From Octopus sinensis (taxonomy: Eukaryota), in the NCBI RefSeq assembly GCF_006345805.1, contig NW_021834545.1, positions 1 through 51,287 on the forward strand: DNA of 51,287 nt, in the 5' to 3' direction. The translations under genes and the position numbers were made by a program. This document shows positions 34,656 to 46,833 of the stretch, in pieces. Position 1 is the first letter of the stretch; each line of letters starts with the position of its first letter. A model generated the notes under the pieces. It had not been told where the DNA came from, ran no database searches, and saw only the letters and a program-made list of their open reading frames with translations.

Positions 34656-35914
34656 CACTCCTGACAGTCTTTCTGTTTTTTTTAGCAAGACTTAGTCGTT
34701 TAGATAAATATTGTTGGAATAAGCACAATTTCTTGGTTCATTCACACACAACCTACAATCCATTCTAATACTTCAGTGCTTGCATACACATACACACACA
34801 CACATAGACACTCACTCACATACGTGTGCGTGCGCGCGTGCATAGTGACGGCTTTGAAGGCAAGTTATACGCTTACAATTACACAGACCATGCACACGTT
34901 GACAGGCATACACACACAAACATAAAAATGCTTATTTGTATGCGTGTATGCATGTATATACATAGTATCACATTGTTTTACTATTCTTACACATTGTTTC
35001 ATATTGCAGTATACATACACACACACATACATATATTATATAGTATTACATATATATATGTACATAGTACATATATTTTATGTATTTATATATAATATAT
35101 ATATATATTATATATATATATATATCTATATATATATATAATATATATATATATATATGTATATACATATATATAGATATTTAAGCTCATTATTATATAT
35201 AATACATATATATACACACACAGATATATAATATGCATATATATATATCTATATGCCTTTGTGTTCATGGAAATATGTATGTATATATACATATACGCTG
35301 TCACAACGCGTAGTTATAACACATGCGTGTGTATATACGTGTGTGCGTGTATGTATGTCTGTTTATGCATATACGGATGTATGTAATATATGTATATGCA
35401 TATGTATGCATACAAATGTTTGCATACATATGCATACATAGGGAAACACATGCACATATATAAGCATATACACACACATATGTACGTCCGTATGTATGTA
35501 TGTATATATGTACACATATACATACAAGCATATATAGGGAGATATATAGTTCATGAACGTATAAAAAGATATTATCAATGAGGATAAAATCTTAATTAAT
35601 CCATTACCATCTTTCACAATATTTCCGTTTCTACGTTGTTTAAGAACCTTTTTTTATATATGCATATATATATATATGTTACTGCATCAAATTGAACCTC
35701 GCGTATACATCCTTGTCGTTAATAAAATGTCTAAATGGCACGAAGTCTTAGAATTGATCCTAAAGCCTTCCATTATCGCATTCTTCATCATGAGAACTTG
35801 TTCAAAAAAAAACACTCATCGCAGATGAAGGATTTCGTTCTAAAGTTATACTTTTGAGCAAACAACGAGATATTACAATGGACAAAGGAGATTGTTGTTA
35901 ATATTATTATTATT

Positions 35915-35917
35915 ACC

Positions 35918-35968
<51 letters not shown>

Positions 35969-36031
35969 TATTATTATTACTATTATTATTATTACTATTA
36001 CTATTATTACTATGATTATTATTACTATTAC

Positions 36032-36085
<54 letters not shown>
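35915..36085. repeat. (ATT/ACT)n microsatellite
   Basis: Direct reading. Confidence 0.92.
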
Positions 36086-36532
36086 CGTTAGTGTGTTGTT
36101 GTTTTTGTTGTTGTAGATTCTCAATGAATAGACATAAAAATGGGGCTAAATTTTACGTAGTTAATCCGGGTGCGAACAATGTGTATGAGAAGAAGAAATA
36201 TTAATTGAATTTATTTCTAACTGAAGAGAACAAACCTTTACTTTAATTACTAAATTTGATTAAGAAAGGCGGAAGAGACAACCTCCCAGAATTTTTTAAA
36301 TAATTAACTTAGAGATAAACATAGAGTAGAGAATAAATCTGATATTTTTAATGCCTGCGCGTTTGTCTCCGTGCATTTTTTTATGACGCGTTTCCATTTG
36401 TCGAATAACATTTCCTTAGGGAGACCAAAGACAATGGATAGAAATATAAACAATGGTTTATATTGTTGCCTGTTTAAGACGCTCGTTTCCTGAAATCTAG
36501 GTTTCGTGCGCAACAGCGCAATCATCAAACGA

Positions 36533-36757
36533 TGGCGAGCTGGCAGAAACGTTAGCACGCCGGGCGAAATGCTTAGCGGTATTTCGTCTGCCGTTACGTC
36601 CTGAGTTCAAATTCCGCCGAGGTCGACTTTACCTTTCATCCTTCCTTTCGAGGTTGATAAATTAAGTACCAGTTACGATGTAATCGACTTAATACCTATG
36701 TCTGTCCTTGTTAGTCCCCTCTATGTTTAGCCCCTTGTGGGTAATAAAGAAATAGAT
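36533..36757 (+). mobile_element. SINE-B monomer
   Basis: Full head through the AAAGAAATA tail; small internal deletion. Confidence 0.9.
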
Positions 36758-36807
36758 ATCTATCGTCGCCTAAAATTTGATGTTGACATCAAACATGAAC
36801 AGCTAAT

Positions 36808-36892
<85 letters not shown>

Positions 36893-37000
36893 ATGTGTGT
36901 CTTATATATATATTATATATATATATATATATAGATATATATATATATATATATATAGATATATATAATATATATTTACATTATATATATACATATTATA

Positions 37001-37055
<55 letters not shown>

Positions 37056-37059
37056 TATA

Positions 37060-37092
<33 letters not shown>

Positions 37093-37100
37093 ATATATAC

Positions 37101-37225
37101 GCGAGAAAGAAGCAACAAGAATGGATAGGGTTTTTAGTACAATCGTTTCATACAAGGACAGGCTTTATTAAAAGTTGTAAAAATTACAGCATATAAACGT
37201 TGTCCGTACTCACGCTAAAATACAT
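37101..37225 (-). mobile_element. Penelope-like terminal repeat related to 16577-16700, with a decayed HHR (37134-37218)
   Basis: AAGCAACAAGAATGGAT end shared; minus strand UUAG-CGUGA-GUACGGA...CUUGUAU-GAAAC-GAUU-GUA-CUAA. Confidence 0.65.
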
Positions 37226-37367
37226 GTGAGTTCTCTAGACTCCTAGTGGTTGAGGCTATACTCATGAAGTAATGTAGATAATTAAGTAACATAAACAGAT
37301 TTCCAAAGTTCATTAAAGTCTTTAAAGATGATGTACAGTCTTATCACAGATTTTAAAAAAGTTCTAA

Positions 37368-37680
37368 TAGCATCACAGAGAAGGTGACCTAATCCATAGA
37401 GCACATATGAATTTCCAGAGATATGATGAGGGATTACATACTCACAGAAGACAAATTATCCATTGTTAATCACAACGAGGTGGTCTCAATTCCTGCTTAT
37501 TAGCATAACGAGAGGGTGAATTAATCCTTGTATAGATGCACAATTTCCAATGGTGTAGATGTAAGTTTCCAGAGAAATGAAGAGGATTTCATATTCACAG
37601 GCGATAATTTATCAATGGTTGAACACAATGAGGTAGGTATCAATTCTTGTTATATGATTAGGTATTTGCCACATTAATCA
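37368..37680 (+). pseudogene. Decayed tandemly duplicated coding-like module
   Basis: FQRYDE/DYILTEDKLSIVNHNEV vs FQRNEEDFIFTGDNLSMVEHNEV, with differences mostly at third codon positions; frameshifts present. Confidence 0.4.
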
Positions 37681-38667
37681 CATTACTGCTATTTACAAGA
37701 GGCTGTAGCTATTTAACTTATAAAGGCTGAAGGGCCTTTGGAGAGGCCAAGAATAGAAAGGGAAGGGAATAGAAGAAAAGAGAGAAAATAAGGGAGAGGG
37801 GAGCAAAAAAAGGGGGGGACTAAAGAGAAGAGAAAAGGAAAAAGAGAATAAGAAGAAGAAACAGAAAAAAGAGAAAAGAGAAAGAAATAGGGAAGAAGGG
37901 AAAAAATAAAAATAAAAAAGAGGGTTCTAGTTATCCAGAAGAATTAGTAGACGGCAAGTCTGGTTTTAATTTACAGGCATCTATGAACTAGAGGAGAATA
38001 TTATTCTTGGCCAGTAAAACAGTTAATTTATTGCTGTTGAAATCAGCTATGAATTTAAAGAGAATCTAAAGAGATAAAACAGTCAGGGGTTTAGGGGTCA
38101 GATGCTAAATCAAAAGAAATACATTAGGAAAATCTAAGTATAATCTTATCAAAAAGTCCATAAAACTTACTTATTTAATTTATTCATTTTATTGTCTTAA
38201 GGAGTTGCGTTATTATTCATACATTGACGGACTACAGGTCAAATCTTAGAAGATCATTTACAGGTGTTAGGGGATTGTCTATCATAATGAAGATAATCAT
38301 ATTATCACCGAGGGGGTGGGGTAGCCTTATTTATTTAATTTTGAAATAGAATTATGGGGCTATAGTATCTCATTTTATTTTATTAGAGTTATGCTACTTA
38401 ATTAGATTAAGTTAGGAATTAAAATTAAAAATTACAATTAAGATTTAAAATTAAGAATTTAAAAGATTATGAGTTTGAAATTAGGTAAAGCCTCAATTAA
38501 GCAGCGTATAAGTACTATTCATTTCCCTGTTCCTAAAAACTGATGCGATATAAGGAAAAAGAGAACTGTGGTGAGAGAACTCTTAGTTATCTACTTAAAG
38601 CAGTGCTATACTAGTAGAAATCAAGTTATATCTATCTATCTAGTTACGGATATTCTAATCATTTAAA

Positions 38668-38699
<32 letters not shown>

Positions 38700-39234
38700 T
38701 ATTATATATATATAGTATGTATGATGTATTATTAATATATTATATGTACACTTATAAATGCATTCAGATACAAATTTGTATTTATTTGTATTTATAAAAT
38801 CTTGACCGCTTATGTCATTACTATTCTGCGGTTCGCTGCAAGTCATAAACACGTAATTTCAGCCAATAGTAAACTGTGTACGCAGTAACCGAATCGGAAT
38901 CTGCACTACTTCAGAAATTATAACGTTGTCTGCGATTCTCATGTGATATGAAGCGTAGGCACGTATGAGTTTCGTTGGTTCATCCATTAAGCCATCTTTA
39001 CATGTTTAATATATTTGACAAACTTATCTGGAATAGCATTAGTATTGTCGGTATGATAACTGGCGGGTATACGACAGATAATCAAGAGTATTTGTTCACT
39101 TATCTCTCTCTTTAAATTCGTGCCTAATATATAATGCTATTTTTTTTATGAAATAGTAATTGTTTACGTCACAGTTAATTACCATATATGTAAATAAATA
39201 AATAAATAAATAAATAATTATATATATATATATA

Positions 39235-39420
39235 TACCGGAGTAAACACATAAATGGGAAACAAGGTGGAAAAAAGAGTACTCAAATAGCAGTGGTAGAG
39301 TAATATGCTTTATTTAAAGCAGCAGAAAATTCAACAAAACCTGTTACTCTGAGTTTCCCGTTGCCGGCAACAGGAAACGCAGAGTACAGGTTTGTTGAAT
39401 TTTCTGCTGCTTTAATAAAG
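39235..39420. mobile_element. Penelope-like terminal fragment ending in a 113-bp palindrome (39308-39420)
   Basis: CTTTATTTAAAGCAGCAGAAAATTCAACAAAACCTG...CCGG...CAGGTTTGTTGAATTTTCTGCTGCTTTAATAAAG; flanked by (TA)n. Confidence 0.65.
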
Positions 39421-39492
39421 TATATATATATATATTATATATATATATAATATACACATACACACGAACGCGAGCACAGACGCAAACATATA

Positions 39493-39702
39493 TTCTTTAT
39501 TGTTTCAGTCATTTGACTGCGGCCATGTTGGAGCACCACCTTTAGTCGAACAAATCGACCCCAAGACTTATTCTTTGTAAGCCTAATACGTATTCTATCG
39601 GTCTCTTTTGCCGAACCGCTAAGTTACTGATACGTAAATATGTCAACATCGGTTGTCAAGCGATGGTGGGGGACAAAGATAGACATACACACACGTACAT
39701 AT

Positions 39703-39754
<52 letters not shown>

Positions 39755-40186
39755 GACGGGCTTCTTTCAGTTTCCGTCTACCAAATCCACTCACAAGTCT
39801 TTGGTCGGCCCGAGGCTACAATAGAAGACATTTACCCAAGGTTCCATGCAGTGGGACTGAACCCAGGGCCATGTGGTGGGTAAGCAAGCTACTTTATTTC
39901 ATCTAATTTGCCACAAGGGCATTACACAGATAGCAGCTTTGCGGGCTGGACATAGACATTAATGATATGAATGATGGTAATGCCAAAATGATGATGATGG
40001 GAGAAGACGAAAAGCCCCCGCCGACCTACGTTTCTCTAAAACAATGTTCCTTTTTCTTTAATTTCAAAAAATCGATATGAGGCTTCAAACCTCTTACACA
40101 GAGGAGGCACTAAAACCTCTTACAAACTTCTTTCATACATTTAATTTGCCACAAGTAAGCAAGCTACTTACCACACAGCCACTCCT
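39493..40186 (-). mobile_element. SINE-A interrupted in its head by a nested insertion
   Basis: Body 39493-39894; head resumes at 40155-40186. Confidence 0.88.
39895..40154 (-). mobile_element. 260-bp nested retroposon with a 15-bp TSD
   Basis: GTAAGCAAGCTACTT at 39880-39894 and 40155-40169; TAATTTGCCACAAG repeated at both ends of the insert. Confidence 0.78.
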
Positions 40187-40209
40187 AATCCAGATGATAA
40201 AGAGAAAGC

Positions 40210-40475
40210 AAAAGTTCGTGGCTTAGCGTTTCAGGTGCTACATTCGTGATCGTAACGTCGTCGTTTCGATTCACGGACCAGGCGATGTGTGATGTTCTGG
40301 AGCAAAATACGTCATTTCACACTGCCACAGTTCGCTTAGCTGTAAATAGGTTCCAGTAATAATTGAGAAGTTAAACCTGCGACGGATCAGCATTCCACTC
40401 AGGGGTGAGTGAGCGTTATAATCTCATTTATTTATACGCCATGGAAACCGAGTGACACTCTGCGTTTATGAGTAC
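40210..40475 (+). mobile_element. Old tRNA-derived SINE
   Basis: GTGGCTTAGCG A box, GTTTCGATTC B box, GAGCAAAATAC..TTTCAC core similar to 42525-42780. Confidence 0.6.
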
Positions 40476-40477
40476 TA

Positions 40478-40870
40478 ACCAGCAACGTGGTTCCGGGTTC
40501 AGTCCCACTGCGTGGCACCTTGGGCAAGTGTCTTCTACTATAGCCTCGGGCTGACCAAAGCCTTGTGAGTGGATTTGGTAGACGGAAACTGAAGGAAGCC
40601 TGTCGTATTATATATATATATATATATATGTTGTGTGTGTGCTAATGTGTCTGTGTTTGTCCCCCCCCACTAACATCGCTTGACAACCGATGCCGGTGTG
40701 TTTACGTCCCCGTAACTTAGCGGTTCGGCAAAAGAGAACGATAGAATAAGTACTAGGCTTACAAAGAATAAGTCCTGGGGTCGATTTCTTTGACTAAAGG
40801 CGGTGCTCCAGCATGGCCACAGTCGAATGACTGAAACAAGTAAAAGAGTAAAAGCGTAAGAGTAAGAGTA
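40478..40870 (+). mobile_element. SINE-A, 5'-truncated
   Basis: GGTTCCGGGTTCAGTCCCACTGCG through the (AAGAGT)n tail. Confidence 0.9.
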
Positions 40871-41312
40871 ACGGCTGCAATAATAAATCAAATTGTGGTT
40901 TGTTAAATGGTAATTCTAAGCACAGAAGTGTAGTTTGTAAGTATGCTATAACATATTCTGTAGAATTGGCATTCAACGAAGTAACAGAAACTTCCAAAAT
41001 TATATGCGATAAATTATACGAGTAAGATTTCATTTCTGATAAAAAAAAAAAAAATAGAGACATCCTCCCACATAATATGAACGCCATAATAATATTTATG
41101 GAATTCAGTATGAAGACATTGGAGAAAGAAATAACAAAATATTATTGTCTCAAAACAAAATTTTTGTAGAGATCACAACCCGAAAAAACGCTATTCAAAA
41201 TTGTAAGTAGCATTCATAACTCTTACAATGCCTACGATATACCATATGTCACAATACCTAAAAGCAATGTGTAACGTGCTCACACTTCAATAGCAAACGG
41301 GATTATCAAAAA

Positions 41313-41704
41313 CTAGCAGTATCGCCCGGTGTTGCTCGGGTTTGTTTCCACCCTTTAGAATTGGAATTTTTGAAAAGTAAAAATTTTGTATTATGTAGCT
41401 TGTTATTCTCTTTAAGTGAACATTTTTCTGGTTGAAATACACCGAAAATTGGCGACACAGAAGTCAGAAAATCGTAAAAAATAGGGATTTTCGTAGAAAA
41501 AAAGTACCTTTTTGATGTAAATAATTTTTGGTGTTAACATGGTCCGATTTGAAGTTTTTCTTCTACGGAAGGAAGAGCAAGCCTTCTTCTGTCATACTTT
41601 CAATTTTGGTCAACTTGCGCCGCAGGGTCTCAGAGGAGATAGTGTTTGTTGAAGGCCACCAAATCTGCCATACACAGACAACTTCAGCTTTATATATAGA
41701 GAGA
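41313..41704 (-). mobile_element. Non-autonomous Helitron, second subfamily
   Basis: Same 3' hairpin-CTAG end as 27249, different interior, A|TC 5' end. Confidence 0.8.
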
Positions 41705-41921
41705 TAAAAAAAGCACGTCGAGAATCTATCACCAAAACCTACACACCGAAAAGAGAATTACAATAGACTACATAAATATTTTCAAACTAGACTTGATCTA
41801 CTCCATCAAATACCTGGGGAACAAAATGTAAATATACAACTCAAACACTTGAAGAATGTTACAAAACTTCAAACCTACATCTAAAACACAAATGATTGTA
41901 AATATCATTCCACTCGTAAAC

Positions 41922-42340
41922 ATTTCTTATTTCCTTACTGCCCACAAGGGGCTACTCACAGAGGGAGGGGACAAACAAGGACAGACAAACGGATTAAGTC
42001 GATTATATCGACCCCAGTGCGTAACTGGTACTTATTTATTCGATCCCGAAAGGATAAAAGGCAAAGTCGACCTCGGCGGAATTTGAACTCAGAACGTAAC
42101 GGCAGAAGAAATACCTATTTCTATACTACCCCCAAGGGGCTAAACACAGAGGGGACAAACAAGGACAGACAAACGGATTAAGTCGAGTACATCGACCCCA
42201 GTGCGTAACTGGTACTTATTTAATCGACCCCGAAAGGATAAAAGGCAAAGTTGACCTCGGTGGAATTTGAACTCAGAACGTAGCGGCAGACGAAATACCT
42301 ATTTCGCCCGCCGTGCTAACGTTTCTACCTGCTCGCCGCC
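41922..42340 (-). mobile_element. SINE-B dimer plus head
   Basis: Junction GAAATACCTATTTC near 42110. Confidence 0.9.
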
Positions 42341-42524
42341 TCGTATGAGTCAACATTTCTGTTGACTCATACTAAGAGTGTCATTCCCTCAAGTTTGAAA
42401 TGATTACAGCTGTAAACGCTAGCAAAAATCTCAGCTGAAACATCCTTACCCGAATCAGTGACTCTGGATTTCTATGCTTAGCTTCATATGAAAAGGATTC
42501 AACCCATATATACTCCTTAAAAAA

Positions 42525-42780
42525 TAATAAATGCGCCCTTTTAAAGCCTAGCTAGGCTCATGGGCCCGATTTCCCGGTTTCTATGGCGTATGTGTTCCCC
42601 AGCTGGACGGGATGCCAGTCCATCGCAGCGTTACTCATTTTTGCCAGCTGAGTGGACTGGAGCAACGTGAAAGGAAGTGTTTTTGCTCAGGAATACAACA
42701 CGTCGCCCTGTCCAGGAATCGAAACCACAATCTTACGATCATGATGCTGACACCCTAACCATTAACCCACGCGCCTCCAC
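42525..42780 (-). mobile_element. tRNA-derived SINE, fourth family
   Basis: Reverse complement GTGGAGGCGCGTGGGTTAATGGTTAGGG...GGTTTCGATTCC...GCTCCAGTCCACTCAGCTGG...GAGCCTAGCTAGGC. Confidence 0.85.
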
Positions 42781-43235
42781 GTACATACTCTTTACCAACT
42801 CATAATACAGATTTATACAACTACACTTAACATAATCAATAAAAGATAGCCTCAAGAAGAAGAAAATGCCTCAAACGTACGATTTAAGACCGACAGTATC
42901 AGCATTTTATACTTCATGCCTTCAAAATATGAAATTCCTTTTTAAACAAAATGAAGACTGGTTGCTGAACTATGGCGTTCATAGGCGTTTATTCTTACAT
43001 TCTAAATTTGCCCATTCTGATTAAGGTCAAATATTTGTTATTTAAGTGGTTAAATCATTGTTAGCATACGTAACTATAGACATAATGTGTATGTAGCCAA
43101 CGTGGAGATGTTGAAACAATTGTCAACCATCAAGTAAAAAAATATCATTCTTTAATCTTCAATTTTTCTTATATACATGTGTGTATGTGTCTGTGAGTGC
43201 GTCCGTGTGTACGTGTGTGCATGTGTATGTATATA

Positions 43236-43492
<257 letters not shown>

Positions 43493-43888
43493 TCTTTACT
43501 ACCCACAAGGGGCTAAACATAGAGGGGACAAACAAGGACAGACAAAGGGATTAAGTCGATTACATCGACCCAGTGGGAATCCGGTACTTTATTTTTCTAC
43601 CCCGAGAGGCTGAAAGGCAAACTCGACCTCGGCGGAATTTGAACTCAGAACATAACGACAAACAAAATACCTATTTCTTAACTACCCACAAGGGGCTAAA
43701 CACAGAGAGGACAAACAAGGACAGACAAACGGATTAAGTCGATTATTTCGACCCCAGTGCGTAACTGGTACTTATTTAATCGACCCCGAAAGGATGAAAG
43801 GCAAAGTTGACCTCGGCTGAATTTTAACTCAGAACGTAACGGCAGACGAAATACCGCTATGCATTTCGCCCGGCGTGCTAACGTTTCT
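43493..43888 (-). mobile_element. SINE-B dimer plus partial head
   Basis: Junction AAATACCTATTTC near 43665. Confidence 0.88.
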
Positions 43889-44435
43889 ATGAAAGCGTTC
43901 GGATACAACTGCAACACGTCAGAATATTACCATTTAAGATCACGCTGAGAAAACCATCCATCCCATTCACATACATTCACGAAAACTTTTTCTAACTATC
44001 CACAAACACCTCGCTGCAATAAACGCTAACAGAGATTAGATCCCAGGAACAGCTGCTCTGGCGTTCTAACTGAAAAGACTTTCCCTGAAGCCACCAGCAG
44101 AGCCTATATGCATACACGAACAGGCTGAATAGAGGGGGAAACCTGAGCAAATCCTGATGGCTACGCTGAGTTAGAAATGTAACTAGGCAGAATATCTGAA
44201 GCACTGGATATGCACAATAGATCAGCGGAGCGAATCTAATGCTACGCAACGCAAATGCTTTGAGTTACCGTTTCTTTATATGACAAATAAGATACGAATT
44301 TCTGATATTTTTTTCCCTGACTGAACTCCTAACATCCGAAAGGCGTTGGTCTATCGACAATTAGACATTAATTGATTTAGGTATGTTTCTCCATTTTCTC
44401 ATTTTGTATATATATATATAAATATATATATATAT

Positions 44436-44640
44436 ACTCTTTTACACTTTTACTTGTTTCAGTCATTTGACTGTGGCCATGCTGGAGCACCGCCTTTGGT
44501 TGAGCAAATTGACCCCGGGACTTATTCTTTGTAAGCCTAGTACTTATTCTATCGGTCTCTTTTGCTGAACCGCTAGTACATGGACATAAATACACCAGCA
44601 TCGGTTGTCAAGCGATGTTGGGGGACAAACACAGACACAC

Positions 44641-44728
<88 letters not shown>

Positions 44729-44820
44729 CATACAAGATTCTTTCAGTTTCCGTTTACCAAATCCACTCACAAGGTTTTAGTCAGCCCGAAGCTATAGTAG
44801 AAGACACTTGCCCAAGGTGC
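44436..44820 (-). mobile_element. SINE-A lacking its 5' head
   Basis: Runs from the tail through CCCAAGGTGC, where it abuts the LINE tail. Confidence 0.88.
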
Positions 44821-44829
44821 TACTATTAA

Positions 44830-45140
44830 TATTTATTTTATTTATTTTATTTTTTTTATTTTATCTAGTTTCAGCTCACGAGCTGTGGCCATGCTGGGTC
44901 ACTGCCATTTGGTGTTGCTACATGATTTTACTTCACGATTGCATTTTAGCAATTGCCATTTGGTGCATGAGAGAGTTCGATGCAGCTTCCCTCATCTGCA
45001 CCTCCTGCCGTGAAGTTGGTTCATCTGGCACACCTGTCAGGAAGAGATCCAGTTTTATTTTAAAGACATCTGCATCCACCCCATGCAGGTCTGTCAGGTC
45101 CTTCCAGGGGATATTGAAGAGCTGTGGGCCTCAGATTACA
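44830..45140 (-). mobile_element. CR1/L2-group LINE 3' end (ORF2 C-terminus and 3'UTR)
   Basis: Minus strand: GPQLFNIPWKDLTDLHGVDADVFK / (frameshift) KLDLFLTGVPDEPTSRQEVQMREAASNSLMHQ...*, then GGCAGTGACCCAGCATGGCCACAGCTCGTGAGCTGAAAC and an A-rich tail. Confidence 0.8.
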
Positions 45141-45356
45141 TTAATACATGTAATTTGATTTGTTCTAAAACACGTGGCGTTCCTCGATGTTCAATTATAA
45201 TAAGGGAGGTAATCTTCTTTTAGATCAAACATGGCACGATCAACGATCAAGAGTTTGAATTTTAAGCCGAAGAAAAAGGGACACCACAAAACAAGAAAGC
45301 AGCAACACAGATTATACGTATTTAATTTCTTTGTATTGTTTTGGTTTTATTTTATA

Positions 45357-45750
45357 CTAGCAGTATCGCCCGGCGTTGCTCGGGTTTGTAAGGGAAATAA
45401 CTATATAAGCATTTTTAGAGAGTTATAGCCAAAAAATAGCAAAAAAATGCATTAAAAATGGAAAAAAATTATGGTAAATTTTTTTTTTAATCGTTGACTC
45501 ATCGTAGACATTTTTAGAGAGTTACTTCCCTTATATAATAGCGAAAAATGCATTAAAATGGAAAAAATGATGGTAATTTTTTTTTAAATTGTAGACTCAT
45601 CGTAGACGCGCGCTAATACCAAGAAGGGCTCGATATGAATGACGACTATAAGATACCCGGTTTTGGTTAAACTGCACCGCAAAATGTGGGTGTAGTTAGG
45701 AATCTAAATCGGAGTAGACAGACACACAACCTTACTTTTATATATAAAGA
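45357..45750 (-). mobile_element. Non-autonomous Helitron, sister copy of 27249-27648
   Basis: A|TC...hairpin...CTAG|T termini; near-identical interior. Confidence 0.85.
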
Positions 45751-46833
45751 TTTCCTTGCTTTTTTATAATTTTTGTTTTGCTTTTTCATTACCAAGATCT
45801 TAAAAATTCTAGTCATAGGTAATCATGTATAATGCAATTTCATTCTTATCAGAAGTCCTCAGCATGATATAACCGGAGGCAAATAATTTAAACGAAATTA
45901 AACATTTTAGGAAGCAAAACAAATTACAGTTTTCAAGAGTCTCATGGAATCTGTGTTTTATATATTTCTTCATTTTTCCTTCGTTTTTCTTCATAGATCG
46001 TTCATAGTTCAGCAAACAAAATAAAGCTTCATATTTTGTTATACCAACGGGGTAATGTAATCTTTACAACAATTATTTAGTTTGATTTATGCTAACAGAG
46101 TGTGCTTTCGCTTCTGATATTAAATTAAAATTTACAAAAGAATGATATTTACTTTGTTTACATTAAAATTGGATATTAATTGATTATATGGGGAACAGAA
46201 AAAAGACGAAATGGCTTGCTATCTGAGCCAGTCCATTTAATTTATATACGCATGAGTATGTAAGTATATGTACGTACATACATACATACATATATACATA
46301 TATATATATGTATTTATATATGTATGTATATACATATATATATATATATACATACATATATATATATACATACATGCATATATATATATATATATGCGTG
46401 TATGTATATCTGTATATATATTATAAAATATTTATTTGTACGTATGTGCTCAGAAACATATGTATATGTATATATACATATATGTAAGTATTTATATACG
46501 TATATTCATACATACATATATAAACACTCACACACACACATTTATATATGTATATATATATATATACATGCATACATACATACAAACATACATACATACA
46601 TACATACATACATACATACATACATACATACATACTTATATATATTTACATTTTTAGATGATATTTTTCAATGTGGCTTTATGTGGCATTTAAAAGATAG
46701 AGACTTATTATAAAATAACCAAATATAAAATGAAAATGGAAAAAAACTTTGAAATAATTTTTAGACATTTATAAGAAATGTGAAATAAATAAACGGGGAA
46801 ATAACTATAATAAACAACATATAAATATAAGAA

